Below, piece by piece: positions 36,839 through 46,012 of a stretch of 64,000 nt of DNA. Source of the stretch: an uncultured Acidobacteriota bacterium (GTDB lineage: Bacteria > Acidobacteriota > Polarisedimenticolia > J045); the NCBI GenBank assembly GCA_963702425.1, contig CAVPCQ010000032.1, positions 96,001 to 160,000 on the forward strand. The letters run 5' to 3'. The number at the start of each line of letters is the position of its first letter. The stretch's first letter is position 1. The notes beneath the pieces were generated by a model that saw only the letters and a list, made by a program, of their open reading frames with translations, did no database searches and was not told the DNA's origin. The position numbers and the translations under genes were made by a program.

Positions 36839-38479
36839 TCACGACGGCGGCCGCAACCGCAGCGGCGTCACGTAGCGCAGGGGCAGCCTGCGCGCCTTCA
36901 GCCAGTCGAGAACCTCTTCCTGCGGCCGCGGCGAGGCGAAGATCCAGAAGCGGTCCTCGCCCACGTCGGGAACCTCGACGCAGTAGACCAGGATGCCGTC
37001 CCTGGCCCACGGCATGACGGGCTGCGGAACCTGCGGCGGCAGGAAGGGCCGCCGGAAGAAGAAGTCGTTGTAGATGTCCGCGAACATCACCCGACGCGCG
37101 ACGATGTCCTCCCAGCTCGCGCGGCGCCGGTGATAGAGCACCTGGTCGCGATCGAACGGCCGGCTGGCAATCTCGGGATCGTTCAGTCCCCAGACGTCGA
37201 GATGCCACGCTCCGCTGACGTAGGGAAGCGCACCGGCCCAGCCGATCGCGATCCGGTCTGCGGGCGAAAAATAGCGCGCCAGCGCACGCCCCTGGCGGAG
37301 CATCTCGTCGGCCTGGGCTTTCATGTTGCCGGTCGAAGCGACCGCGCCGAAGCCGCGGAACGGGCGCACGAGCGTGGCGGCCTGCGAGGCGACGAGCGCC
37401 GCGGCGAGGACCACGGCGAGCGCCGTGCGACGACGCGGGACACGAGCTGCGAGCGCGTCGATCCCGGCGACGGAGAGCAGGGCCAGTGCCGGGAGCAGCG
37501 GCACGAAGAAACGGAACTCCCACGCGTCCCCGCCGACCGCGACGACCCACGCCGTCAGCGCCAGCGCCTGCGCCGCGAGCGCCGCTGCCAGCGGCCGGCG
37601 ACGCGCGGTGCCGATCACGCCCACGACCGCCAGGGGAAGCCAGAGCCAGGCGTGGGTCTGGAGCAGGAACTGGCCGAGATAGCGCGCTCCCTCGTCGAGC
37701 TGCAGACCGCCGACCTTGGCGTAGAAGGTGTTCGGGAGCGGGCGCCCGAAGTAGGCGACGCGGAAGAGCACGAGCCCCGCCAGCAGCACGGCGTGGCTCG
37801 CGCCCGACACCGCGACGACGCGCCACGCGTCGCGCGAGCGTCGGACCGTCGCGAGACCCAGACCCGCCGCCAGGTGCATCAGCGGCATCTCGGGACGCAG
37901 CAGGGTCGCAACGAAGAAGAGCAGCCCACTGACCCAGGGCCGGCGGCCGGTCCCGCTCCCATCTCCCACCTCGCGGGCCATCCGGATCGTCGCCGCGAGG
38001 GCGACGACCGTGGCCGCGGTGGTCTCCATCGCCGAAACGCCCCAGACGACCCACTGGCGCCCCAGCGCCAGCGACAGCGCCGCGGCGACGGCGAGCCAGG
38101 CTGGCAGCCCGAGGTCTCGCTCCCCGGTGCGCGTCACCAGCCACAACCCGGCGAGAGCGGCGACCAGCCCCGCGAGCTGCGAGACGACGAGGGGGTCGAG
38201 TCCCGCGGCGATCGCGCCGGCGTTCATCAGCATCCAGCCGGGCGAAGTGCTCCCCTCCACCCGGACCGGTTCGACCGTGTTCCAGACGATCCCGTGCCCG
38301 GCCGCGACGTTGGATGCGTAGCGCAGCGTGATGAAGGTGTCGTCGTTGTACCAGCGCCTCGGCCAGGCGACCGCCACGAGCAGGATGAGCACGGCGACGA
38401 GCGCGAACACCGCCGGCAGCCGGCGCCCTCTGGGGGAGGACGCCGAACTCGGCACCGAGGAGGAGGACGGGGCGCTCAT
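36839..38479 (-). CDS. Multi-TM GT-C-like glycosyltransferase, copy 2
   Basis: Duplicate of 30280-31920 (one L/F difference seen). Confidence 0.78.
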   Translation of the reverse strand: MSAPSSSSVPSSASSPRGRRLPAVFALVAVLILLVAVAWPRRWYNDDTFITLRYASNVAAGHGIVWNTVEPVRVEGSTSPGWMLMNAGAIAAGLDPLVVSQLAGLVAALAGLWLVTRTGERDLGLPAWLAVAAALSLALGRQWVVWGVSAMETTAATVVALAATIRMAREVGDGSGTGRRPWVSGLLFFVATLLRPEMPLMHLAAGLGLATVRRSRDAWRVVAVSGASHAVLLAGLVLFRVAYFGRPLPNTFYAKVGGLQLDEGARYLGQFLLQTHAWLWLPLAVVGVIGTARRRPLAAALAAQALALTAWVVAVGGDAWEFRFFVPLLPALALLSVAGIDALAARVPRRRTALAVVLAAALVASQAATLVRPFRGFGAVASTGNMKAQADEMLRQGRALARYFSPADRIAIGWAGALPYVSGAWHLDVWGLNDPEIASRPFDRDQVLYHRRRASWEDIVARRVMFADIYNDFFFRRPFLPPQVPQPVMPWARDGILVYCVEVPDVGEDRFWIFASPRPQEEVLDWLKARRLPLRYVTPLRLRPPS

Positions 38480-38529
38480 CGCGGATTCGTGACGGAGCGG
38501 GCGGGCATTCGGCGACGCACCGGACCGGG

Positions 38530-38877
38530 TCAGGACCCGGACCTCAGCCTGGCCGTATAGCCCAGCTTCTCGATCGCGGCCGTGATCGTCTCGGGCTTCA
38601 CCTTGGCCGCGTCGTAGCGCACCACGGCCTTCTTCTCCGTGTGCGAAGCCTCGACGGTCTCGACTCCATCGATCGCGCCGACGGTGGACTGGATCGCCTG
38701 CTCGCAGTGACCGCAGGTCATCCCTTCGACGTCGAACACGGACTCCTTCACAACTGGACCCTCCGGGCTCGCGCCGGCGACGCCGGCGGATCGATCCTGG
38801 CCGCCGCACCCGGCGGCCACGAGGAGGGCGACGATCAGGCTCGCCACGGCGAAAGTGCGGACAGGAAAGCTGGACAT
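38530..38877 (-). CDS. HMA domain lipoprotein, copy 2
   Basis: Duplicate of 31971-32318. Confidence 0.85.
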   Translation of the reverse strand: MSSFPVRTFAVASLIVALLVAAGCGGQDRSAGVAGASPEGPVVKESVFDVEGMTCGHCEQAIQSTVGAIDGVETVEASHTEKKAVVRYDAAKVKPETITAAIEKLGYTARLRSGS

Positions 38878-39042
38878 CGAGCACTCCTCGGACGGGAGGC
38901 TAGCACCGCGGACCGGCACTGCCCACCGGATCGCCAGGAACAGTGGCCTCCGGTACCGTCGCGCGGTATAAGCCGAGGTCCGGGCCCCCCTTCCTGAAGT
39001 CCGATACCGTCCGCGGTCGGCCCGAACCGCTCGAGGTCACGC

Positions 39043-42000
39043 ATGCCGTCGTCCCGCACCCTGCTCGCCACGCTGCTCGCCGTGGCCGTCGCTCCCGCCG
39101 CGCTCGCGATCGAATCGCCCACTGCCGGATCGCTCGCCGGGAAGACGGTCCGGCCGGCGTTCGTGACCGAGCGCACGATCGACGTCGCCGACGCCGAGGC
39201 CGGGAGCCCCGGCGCGGCCGGCACGCCGGTCGCGCCCTTCCGCGCGTTCGCGGTTGCGTCGGGCGGAGCGTGGACGGGGCGGCTGGTGGCGGGCAGCGGC
39301 CGCGCGGCGGCCCTGTCCGGCAGCGGACTGCCGCTCGTGCCGGGCGCCGGCAACGGCCTGGCCGGAGGCGATCCGCGCGACCTCTCGCTGCTCGAGCGGC
39401 GGGTGCGCGAGCTGCTCGCGGCCCACCCCGGCCTGCTCGCGCCCGCCTTCGGCGAGCTGGTCCTCTCGCCCCAGCGTTCGGCGGTGATCGACGACGGTCG
39501 GGTCGCGTTCGTCGACTTCGACTGGACGATCGGCGGAGTGCCGGTCGAGGGCGCGGGGGTGTTCGCACGCCTGAATGCGGGCAACGTGATCCAGCTCGGC
39601 ACGCGCCTCCTGTCCGGCACGGCCGACGCTCCGGTCGCGCTGCTCGACGCCGCCGACGCGCGGCGGCGCCTCGGCGACTACGTCCGCGGGGGCGAGTCCG
39701 GCGACGGCGACGGGGAACTCGACCGGCAGCACGGCGAGCCGCGCCTGTTCTTCCTGCCGGTCGAGGAGGGCGCGGGCCTGCGCTACCGGCTCGTCTGGGA
39801 GGTCGCCTTCCGCCGCGCCGGCGAGCAGGCGACCTGGACCGGCCGCGTCGACGCCCACGACGGCTCGATCGTGCAGTTCTTCGATGCCAACGCCTATGGC
39901 GAGGTGACCGGCGGCGTCTACCCGCGGACCGTGGTCGACCCCGAGGCAGTCGTACCGATTCCGTTCGTGCAGGTCGACGGCGCGGGCGTGACCAGCGCCG
40001 CCGGCCGCTTCCCCTTCAACGGCGCGAAGGTCTCGACCGGCCTCGACGGCCGCTACTTCTCGACGAGCTGCGAGAACTGCTCGGCGCCGGCCCAGGCCTA
40101 CGGCGAAACCACGCTCGGCCTGGGCTGGCTGAAGCTCGGCACCGGCGGGACCGACCAACTGGCCAACGGGGTCTCGACGCGGGCCGAACGCAACAGCTTC
40201 TTCCACCTCAACGAGGCCCGGCTGGTCGCGAAGAAGTGGCTCAACCTGCCCTGGTTCGACCAGACGGTGCAGTCCAACGTCAACATCGCCAGCACCTGCA
40301 ACGCCTACTGGAACGGGACCGTCAACTTCTACCGTTCGGGCGGCGGCTGCAACAACACCGGCGAGATCGCCGACGTGATGCAGCACGAGTGGGGCCACGG
40401 CATCGACCAGAACACGCTGCTGGGCGACTCGGCGACCGGTGAGGGGACCGGTGACCACGTCGCCTTCCTGATGACGCACGGCTCGGTGATCGGGCCGTAC
40501 TTCCGCACCAGCGGCGGCGGCGTGCGCGACGTCAACCGGCTGACCTCATCGACCGGACTGATCACGCGCGGCAACGCCGCCTCCAAGTGCCCCTCGGCCG
40601 GCTTCGGCTGCGGCGGACCGCTCGGCCTCGAGTGCCACTGCGAGGGCGAGATCTACGGGCAGACCGGCTGGGACCTGGCGCAGAGCCTGGTCGCCAAGCA
40701 CGGCTATCACACCGGCTGGCTGACCTACGAGCGGATCTTCTTCGCTTCGCTGCCGCAGTCCGGCCCCTACCTGCCCAATCAGGCGAACTCGATCTACGAC
40801 GCCTACCTCGCGGTGGACGACGACGACGGCAACCTCGCCAACGGCACGCCCAACGCGAAGCAGATCTACGACGCCTTCAACCTGCACGAGATCGCCGGGA
40901 CGCAGCGCGCGACAACCGCCGGCTGCGCGCGGCCCGCGGAGCCGACGGTCTCGATCGCCACCGGCTGCAACGGCGTCACGCTGAGCTGGCCGGCGGTGAG
41001 CGGCGCCACGAAGTATCGCCTGATGAAGACGATGTTCTCGCCCAACCGCGCCTTCCTGCCGCTGACGGAAGTCACCGGGACGAGCTTCGCCGACGGCGAG
41101 GTGCGCCCCGGCACGACCTACTACTACGTCGTCCAGGCGATCACCGGTTCGGGCTGCGGCTCGACGATCGAGCAGGTCGTGTCGACGACCGGTCCGGCGC
41201 GGCCGGTCGCCGGGATCGTCTCCGTCACGACCGACGACACGCCGCGGGGGAACCGCTCCGGCACGGTCGACCCGGGCGAAGCGGTGGACATCTTCCTGAC
41301 GCTGGGGAACGCGGCGCCGACGGCGGGGTCCGGCCTGGTCGGAACGATCGCCTCGAGCGCCGCCGGCGTGACGATCGACGTCGCGACGCAGCCCTTCGCC
41401 GACCTGCCTGGGAACGGGACGACCGTCAACGCGGTCGGCTTCCGGGCCTCGATCGCTTCGTCGGTCGCCTGCGGCACCTCGCTCCCCTTCACCTTCACCG
41501 TCACCGACGGCTCCGGGTGTACCGTGGACACGCAGTACTTCGCGCTGAAGACGGGCGGCGACGTGCTGCGGCGCTCGGACGGCTTCTCCGCCGACTCGGG
41601 CTGGGCCTTCGATCCGGCGACGTCGACCGCGTCGAGCGGTGCCTGGACGCGCGGCACGCCGGACGCGACGCCGTGGCAATCGGGCTCCGACTCCGACGAC
41701 GCCGGCGACGGGTGCTGGTTCACGGCGCCGAACTTCAACGGCGATTCGGGCGACGACGTGGACGGCGGCGAGGTCGTGCTGCTGTCACCGGTCTTCAGCC
41801 TGGCCGGGCTCTCCGGCGCCGACCTCGCCTACCAGCGCTGGTGGGCCAGCTCCGCGCCGGGCGCAGACGCCAACGACTGGTACTGGGTCGAGGTCAGCAA
41901 CAACGGCGGCTCGACCTGGCAGACGGTCGAGAAGCTCGGCAGCGGCCAGGCGGCCGCAGCCTGGGCGCGGGCCCGCTTCGACCTCGACGCGATCCTGCCG

Positions 42001-43554
42001 CTGACGGCGACCATGCGCCTGCGCGTGCGGGTCTCCGACGGCGTCGCCGCCGCCGGCACGGTGGAAGGAGCCTTCGACGACTTCCGCGTCACCGAACCGA
42101 CCTGCGACGCCACGCCGCCGTGCTTCGTGAAGCCATCGTTCGCAGGCGCCGCGTCGGCGACGGCCGGCCCGGACTGCGCGGAGACCTCGCTGGCCTGGTC
42201 GGCCGCCGCGAGCGGCTGCTCGAACGCGAGCGTGACCTACAACGTCTACCGCTCGACCGACCCGGGCTTCGTCCCGTCCGACGCGACGCGTGTCGCGAGC
42301 GGGCTCGCCTCGCTCTCCCTCGTCGATCGCTACCTCGTGCCCGGCACCGGCTACTACTACGTCGTCCGGGCGCTCGACTCGCGCTCGGGCGAGGACGCCA
42401 ACCTGGTCCGGCGCGCGGCAACCGCGCCGGCGGCACCCGACACCAGGCCGCCAACCTTCTCCGGGGTCGATGGCGTCGTCGCCGGCGCAGGCTGCGGCGA
42501 GGCGCAGCTGGTGTGGGGCGCGGCACGGGAGACCTGCTCCGGCCCGGTCGTCTACGAGGTCTACCGCTCGACGACCGCGGGCTTCACCCCGGCGCCGGCC
42601 AACCTCGTCGGCCGGACCACCGCGACGTCCCTGGTGGACGCCGGCCTCGCGCCGGCGACGACCTACTACTACGTGGTCCGCGCTGCGGACCGGCAGGGGA
42701 ACGCCGACGGGAACGTCAAGCGCCGCTCGGCGCAGGCGACCGTGCTCCCGGAGCTGCTCTCGTCCGAGACCTTCGAGTCGGGGGCCGCCGGCTGGGCGCG
42801 CGCGGGCACCAACGACGCCACGACCGGACTCTGGGAGCTGGGCGATCCGACCCAGACCGACGCGCAGCCCGGCACCTGCCCCTCCGGAAGCAACTGCTGG
42901 GCCACCGGCCTCAACAACGCGAGCCTCGGCGACAACGACATCGACGGGGGAACGACCACGCTGCTCTCCGCGCGCTTCAGCCTGGTGGGCGCGCAGTCGC
43001 CGGCGATCCGCTACAAGCGCTACTACTCCAACAACACCGGCGCCACGCCGGGGACCGACTCCTGGACCGTCGACCTGTCGACCGACGATGGTGCGAGCTG
43101 GTCGCCGATCGAGAACACGAGCGCCTCCGACGCGGGGATGGTCTTCTCCCAGGTCGAGTTCCCGCTCGGTGCGACGGGTCCCACGGCGAACATGCGCGTG
43201 CGGTTCGTGGCCTCCGACCTGCTCGACGGGTCGCTGGTCGAGGCGGTCGTCGACGACTTCGAGCTGGTCGACCTGACGGGCGGCTGCGACGGCTGCCCGG
43301 CCCCGCCGACGGTGGGCCGCATCCTCGCGCAGCGCGACGCCTCCGACGTGGTCCTCGACTGGACGACCGACCCGGTGAGTGCGGGACGGTACAAGGTGTA
43401 CAGCTCCGAACAGCCGAGTTTCTCCGGCTCGTCGCTGCTCGGCACCGCCACCGCGAAGTCGTTCCGCCACGCCGGCGGGGCGGCGTACGCGGCGTTCACG
43501 GCTTACCTCGTCGCAGCGGTCGACAGTTGCGGCCAGGAGGGCCCGCAGCGCTAG
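39043..43554 (+). CDS. Secreted M4/M36-like zinc metalloprotease with FN3 and beta-sandwich domains (intact, 1503 aa)
   Basis: Signal peptide; FTP/PepSY-like prodomain; CNAYWNG, HEWGH, GEGTGD; repeated YYYVV FN3 motifs. Confidence 0.85.
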   Translation: MPSSRTLLATLLAVAVAPAALAIESPTAGSLAGKTVRPAFVTERTIDVADAEAGSPGAAGTPVAPFRAFAVASGGAWTGRLVAGSGRAAALSGSGLPLVPGAGNGLAGGDPRDLSLLERRVRELLAAHPGLLAPAFGELVLSPQRSAVIDDGRVAFVDFDWTIGGVPVEGAGVFARLNAGNVIQLGTRLLSGTADAPVALLDAADARRRLGDYVRGGESGDGDGELDRQHGEPRLFFLPVEEGAGLRYRLVWEVAFRRAGEQATWTGRVDAHDGSIVQFFDANAYGEVTGGVYPRTVVDPEAVVPIPFVQVDGAGVTSAAGRFPFNGAKVSTGLDGRYFSTSCENCSAPAQAYGETTLGLGWLKLGTGGTDQLANGVSTRAERNSFFHLNEARLVAKKWLNLPWFDQTVQSNVNIASTCNAYWNGTVNFYRSGGGCNNTGEIADVMQHEWGHGIDQNTLLGDSATGEGTGDHVAFLMTHGSVIGPYFRTSGGGVRDVNRLTSSTGLITRGNAASKCPSAGFGCGGPLGLECHCEGEIYGQTGWDLAQSLVAKHGYHTGWLTYERIFFASLPQSGPYLPNQANSIYDAYLAVDDDDGNLANGTPNAKQIYDAFNLHEIAGTQRATTAGCARPAEPTVSIATGCNGVTLSWPAVSGATKYRLMKTMFSPNRAFLPLTEVTGTSFADGEVRPGTTYYYVVQAITGSGCGSTIEQVVSTTGPARPVAGIVSVTTDDTPRGNRSGTVDPGEAVDIFLTLGNAAPTAGSGLVGTIASSAAGVTIDVATQPFADLPGNGTTVNAVGFRASIASSVACGTSLPFTFTVTDGSGCTVDTQYFALKTGGDVLRRSDGFSADSGWAFDPATSTASSGAWTRGTPDATPWQSGSDSDDAGDGCWFTAPNFNGDSGDDVDGGEVVLLSPVFSLAGLSGADLAYQRWWASSAPGADANDWYWVEVSNNGGSTWQTVEKLGSGQAAAAWARARFDLDAILPLTATMRLRVRVSDGVAAAGTVEGAFDDFRVTEPTCDATPPCFVKPSFAGAASATAGPDCAETSLAWSAAASGCSNASVTYNVYRSTDPGFVPSDATRVASGLASLSLVDRYLVPGTGYYYVVRALDSRSGEDANLVRRAATAPAAPDTRPPTFSGVDGVVAGAGCGEAQLVWGAARETCSGPVVYEVYRSTTAGFTPAPANLVGRTTATSLVDAGLAPATTYYYVVRAADRQGNADGNVKRRSAQATVLPELLSSETFESGAAGWARAGTNDATTGLWELGDPTQTDAQPGTCPSGSNCWATGLNNASLGDNDIDGGTTTLLSARFSLVGAQSPAIRYKRYYSNNTGATPGTDSWTVDLSTDDGASWSPIENTSASDAGMVFSQVEFPLGATGPTANMRVRFVASDLLDGSLVEAVVDDFELVDLTGGCDGCPAPPTVGRILAQRDASDVVLDWTTDPVSAGRYKVYSSEQPSFSGSSLLGTATAKSFRHAGGAAYAAFTAYLVAAVDSCGQEGPQR

Positions 43555-43568
43555 CGAACGGGGATATC

Positions 43569-43639
43569 GTAGGGGTTGGGCTCCGTCCCAGCCCGGGCTG
43601 CGAGCCGCGAATCGGGCCGCCACGGAGGGCGGCTGCTAC
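43569..43639. repeat. Inverted pair of GTAG-type REPs (REPIN-like)
   Basis: GTAGGGGTTGGGCTCCGTCCCAGCCC (+) and the reverse complement of GTAGCAGCCGCCCTCCGTGGCGGCCC. Confidence 0.7.
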
Positions 43640-43663
43640 GCTTCGGTGAAGAAGGGAGGACCC

Positions 43664-44206
43664 GTGACTCGTGCACGCACTCCCGCGCTCGTCCTGGCCG
43701 TCCTGTCGACCTTTCTGCTCGCCACGGGAGGACCGCCGATGAAGATCACGTCGCAGTCCTTCGGCGAAGGCCAGGAGATCCCGTCCGCCTACACCTGCCA
43801 GGGAAAGGACCTCTCCCCCGCTCTCGCGTGGGAGGGCGCTCCCGCCGGGACGAAGAGCTTCGTCCTGATCGTCGACGATCCCGATGCGCCCGACCCGAAG
43901 GCGCCGAAGATGACCTGGGTGCACTGGCTGCTCTACGACATCCCGGCCACCGCGACGGGACTGCCCGAGGCGGTCGCGCCAGCGGGGCTCCCCGCCGGCA
44001 CGCGCCAGGGTCTCAACGACTGGAAGCGGACGGGATACGGCGGCCCTTGTCCTCCGATCGGCCGGCACCGCTACTTCTTCAAGCTCCATGCGCTCGACGC
44101 GACGCTGGGCAACCTCGGCGCGGCGAGCAAGGCCGATGTCGAGCAGGCGATGAAGGGGCACGTGCTGGCGGAGGCCGTGCTGATCGGGATGTACCAGAAA
44201 CGCTGA
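43664..44206 (+). CDS. YbhB/YbcL (PEBP) family protein
   Basis: DLSPALAW, LIVDDPDAP, WVHW, YGGPCPP..RHRYFF; alternative start at 43739. Confidence 0.9.
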   Translation: MTRARTPALVLAVLSTFLLATGGPPMKITSQSFGEGQEIPSAYTCQGKDLSPALAWEGAPAGTKSFVLIVDDPDAPDPKAPKMTWVHWLLYDIPATATGLPEAVAPAGLPAGTRQGLNDWKRTGYGGPCPPIGRHRYFFKLHALDATLGNLGAASKADVEQAMKGHVLAEAVLIGMYQKR

Positions 44207-44250
44207 CTGCCGGAGTCGGGCGCGGCCCGACGCTCCCGGGGAGACAGTGC

Positions 44251-45444
44251 ATGCGCGAGCCCTCGATCGAAGCCAAGGACCTCGAAACCTGGGCCTCCAT
44301 CCTGCTCGATCACTCGCTCGGCGGGATCAAGCCCGGCGAGCGCGTGATGATCAAGGGAGAGCGGATCGGCTGGCCGCTGATGGAGGTGCTGGAGCGGCGG
44401 GTGATCGAGGCCGGCGGGTTGCCGGATGTCCTGCTGGTGCCGCCCAACAACGAGCGCGGCCGGGCCTGGTCGGCGGCGATGGGGCGCCGCGGGACGCCGG
44501 AACAGGTCAGCGCAGTGCCGGCCTGGCACCGTGCGCGCTACGAGTCGATGGACAAGTACGTCGAGGTGCTCGGCGCGGAAGACCCGGCGCGGTACGCGGG
44601 TCTCACGGCGCCGCAGTTCCAGGCGATCGTCGGCGCCGACAAGCCGTACACCGACCTGCGCCTGGCGAAGCCCTGGGTGATCACGCTCTACCCTACGCCC
44701 GGTTTCGCCGCGATGGAGGGACTCGACTTCGACGAGTACACGCGCTTTCTCGTCGGGGCCTCGACGGTCGATCCGCGTCCGCTCAAGGACGCCGAAGAAG
44801 CCCTGGCCCCGCTCTTCGAGCGCGCGCAGGCGATCCGGATCGTCACCGTCGACCCGCGCAGCGGACGCGAGCTGACGCTGACGATGAGCCTCGCCCCGAG
44901 CCGGCCGACGCTCTCGTACGGCCTGCGCAACTTCCCCGACGGCGAGATCTTCACCAGCCCCGATGCGTCTTCGGTGGAAGGCGAGATCTTCGTCGACCTG
45001 CCGGTCCACTACGGTGGGCGCGACATCCGCGGAATCTTCCTGAAGTTCACGCGGGGCCGGATCGTGGAGTACTCGGCGGAAGAGGGCACAGAGCAGCTCG
45101 CCGCGATCGTCGAGACCGACGAGGGCTCGCACCGGCTGGGCGAGGTCGCGCTGGGGATGAACCCGGGGCTCGAGCGGGTGCTGAAGCACCCGCTGCTGGT
45201 CGAGAAAGTCGGCGGGACGCTGCACATCGCGATCGGCGCGTCGTACGAGAACTGCTACGTCGAGGCGCCGGGGTCGGACGACGGAAAGCAGCGGATCGCC
45301 GAGCTGTTCGCGGCCGGCGCGCTCAACCGCTCGGCCCAGCACGTCGACATCGTCGCGGACTTCCGGCCGGGCGGGTGCGGGCGCCGGGTCTTCCTCGACG
45401 AACAGGAAGTCGTGCCGAGGAACGGGGTCTGGGTCCTGAAGTAG
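44251..45444 (+). CDS. Aminopeptidase (M29 family)
   Basis: NFPDGEIFTSP, TDEGSHRLGEVALG, EKVGGTLHIAIG.SY, NRSAQHVD. Confidence 0.88.
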   Translation: MREPSIEAKDLETWASILLDHSLGGIKPGERVMIKGERIGWPLMEVLERRVIEAGGLPDVLLVPPNNERGRAWSAAMGRRGTPEQVSAVPAWHRARYESMDKYVEVLGAEDPARYAGLTAPQFQAIVGADKPYTDLRLAKPWVITLYPTPGFAAMEGLDFDEYTRFLVGASTVDPRPLKDAEEALAPLFERAQAIRIVTVDPRSGRELTLTMSLAPSRPTLSYGLRNFPDGEIFTSPDASSVEGEIFVDLPVHYGGRDIRGIFLKFTRGRIVEYSAEEGTEQLAAIVETDEGSHRLGEVALGMNPGLERVLKHPLLVEKVGGTLHIAIGASYENCYVEAPGSDDGKQRIAELFAAGALNRSAQHVDIVADFRPGGCGRRVFLDEQEVVPRNGVWVLK

Positions 45445-45508
45445 CGGAAAGCAGGGGACGGCGGCGGCGTTTCGCGGTATCTATGGAGCCGGAGCGGAGG
45501 CCTCGGCC

Positions 45509-46012
45509 ATGCGGACGTCCTCGATTCCCATTCTCTTCACCGCGTTCGTCCTGGCTTCCCTGGCCGGTGTGACCGTCGCCGCGGGCCAGGACACCCCGTC
45601 CCTGGCCGGCGAGTGGCGGCTGGTGGAGCAGTACTACGGCACGGGGCAGCACAATTTCGTCGAGGAGGCCGTACCGTACCGGCTCTCGCTGCGGCTCGAC
45701 GGCGCGCGCGTCGTGGGGACGGCGACGCTTGCCAGACAGACCGCCGCCTGGCCGGCCTACTTCGGCCCCGACGGCCCGCGCCCGCTGCAGGACGTGACGG
45801 TCACGCGCGACGACGACGGCCTCGGGGTGCGCGCCACCTTCCGCGTCACGCCGCCCCCGGGCGACGACACCTGGCTGTTCGTGACGGAAACGCTGCGCGC
45901 CGGCCCCGACGGGAAGCTGGCTGCGGCGGTGACGGTCGAGTTCGAGCGGATGGGTGACCGCAAAGGGGCGTTCACCTGGCGCCGCGTCTTCGTCCGGGAG
46001 GACGCGCCGTGA
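45509..46012 (+). CDS. Hypothetical secreted beta-rich protein
   Basis: Signal peptide, GGAGG RBS, GTGA coupling to the next gene. Confidence 0.7.
   Translation: MRTSSIPILFTAFVLASLAGVTVAAGQDTPSLAGEWRLVEQYYGTGQHNFVEEAVPYRLSLRLDGARVVGTATLARQTAAWPAYFGPDGPRPLQDVTVTRDDDGLGVRATFRVTPPPGDDTWLFVTETLRAGPDGKLAAAVTVEFERMGDRKGAFTWRRVFVREDAP

Larger units (their letters stand above)
30273..43379 (+). repeat. Tandem duplication: 30273-36819 and 36832-43379 (~6.55 kb, >99% identical)
   Basis: Same ORF set offset by 6559 nt (6560 after a 1-nt indel near 36564). Confidence 0.97.

Noticed and set aside
34028-38560. 1510-aa and other long Arg/Gly/Pro-rich ORFs (e.g. 40587-43649, 60232-63834, 45954-48167)
   Set aside because: These are shadow ORFs of high-GC genes: low-complexity and overlapping well-supported CDSs.
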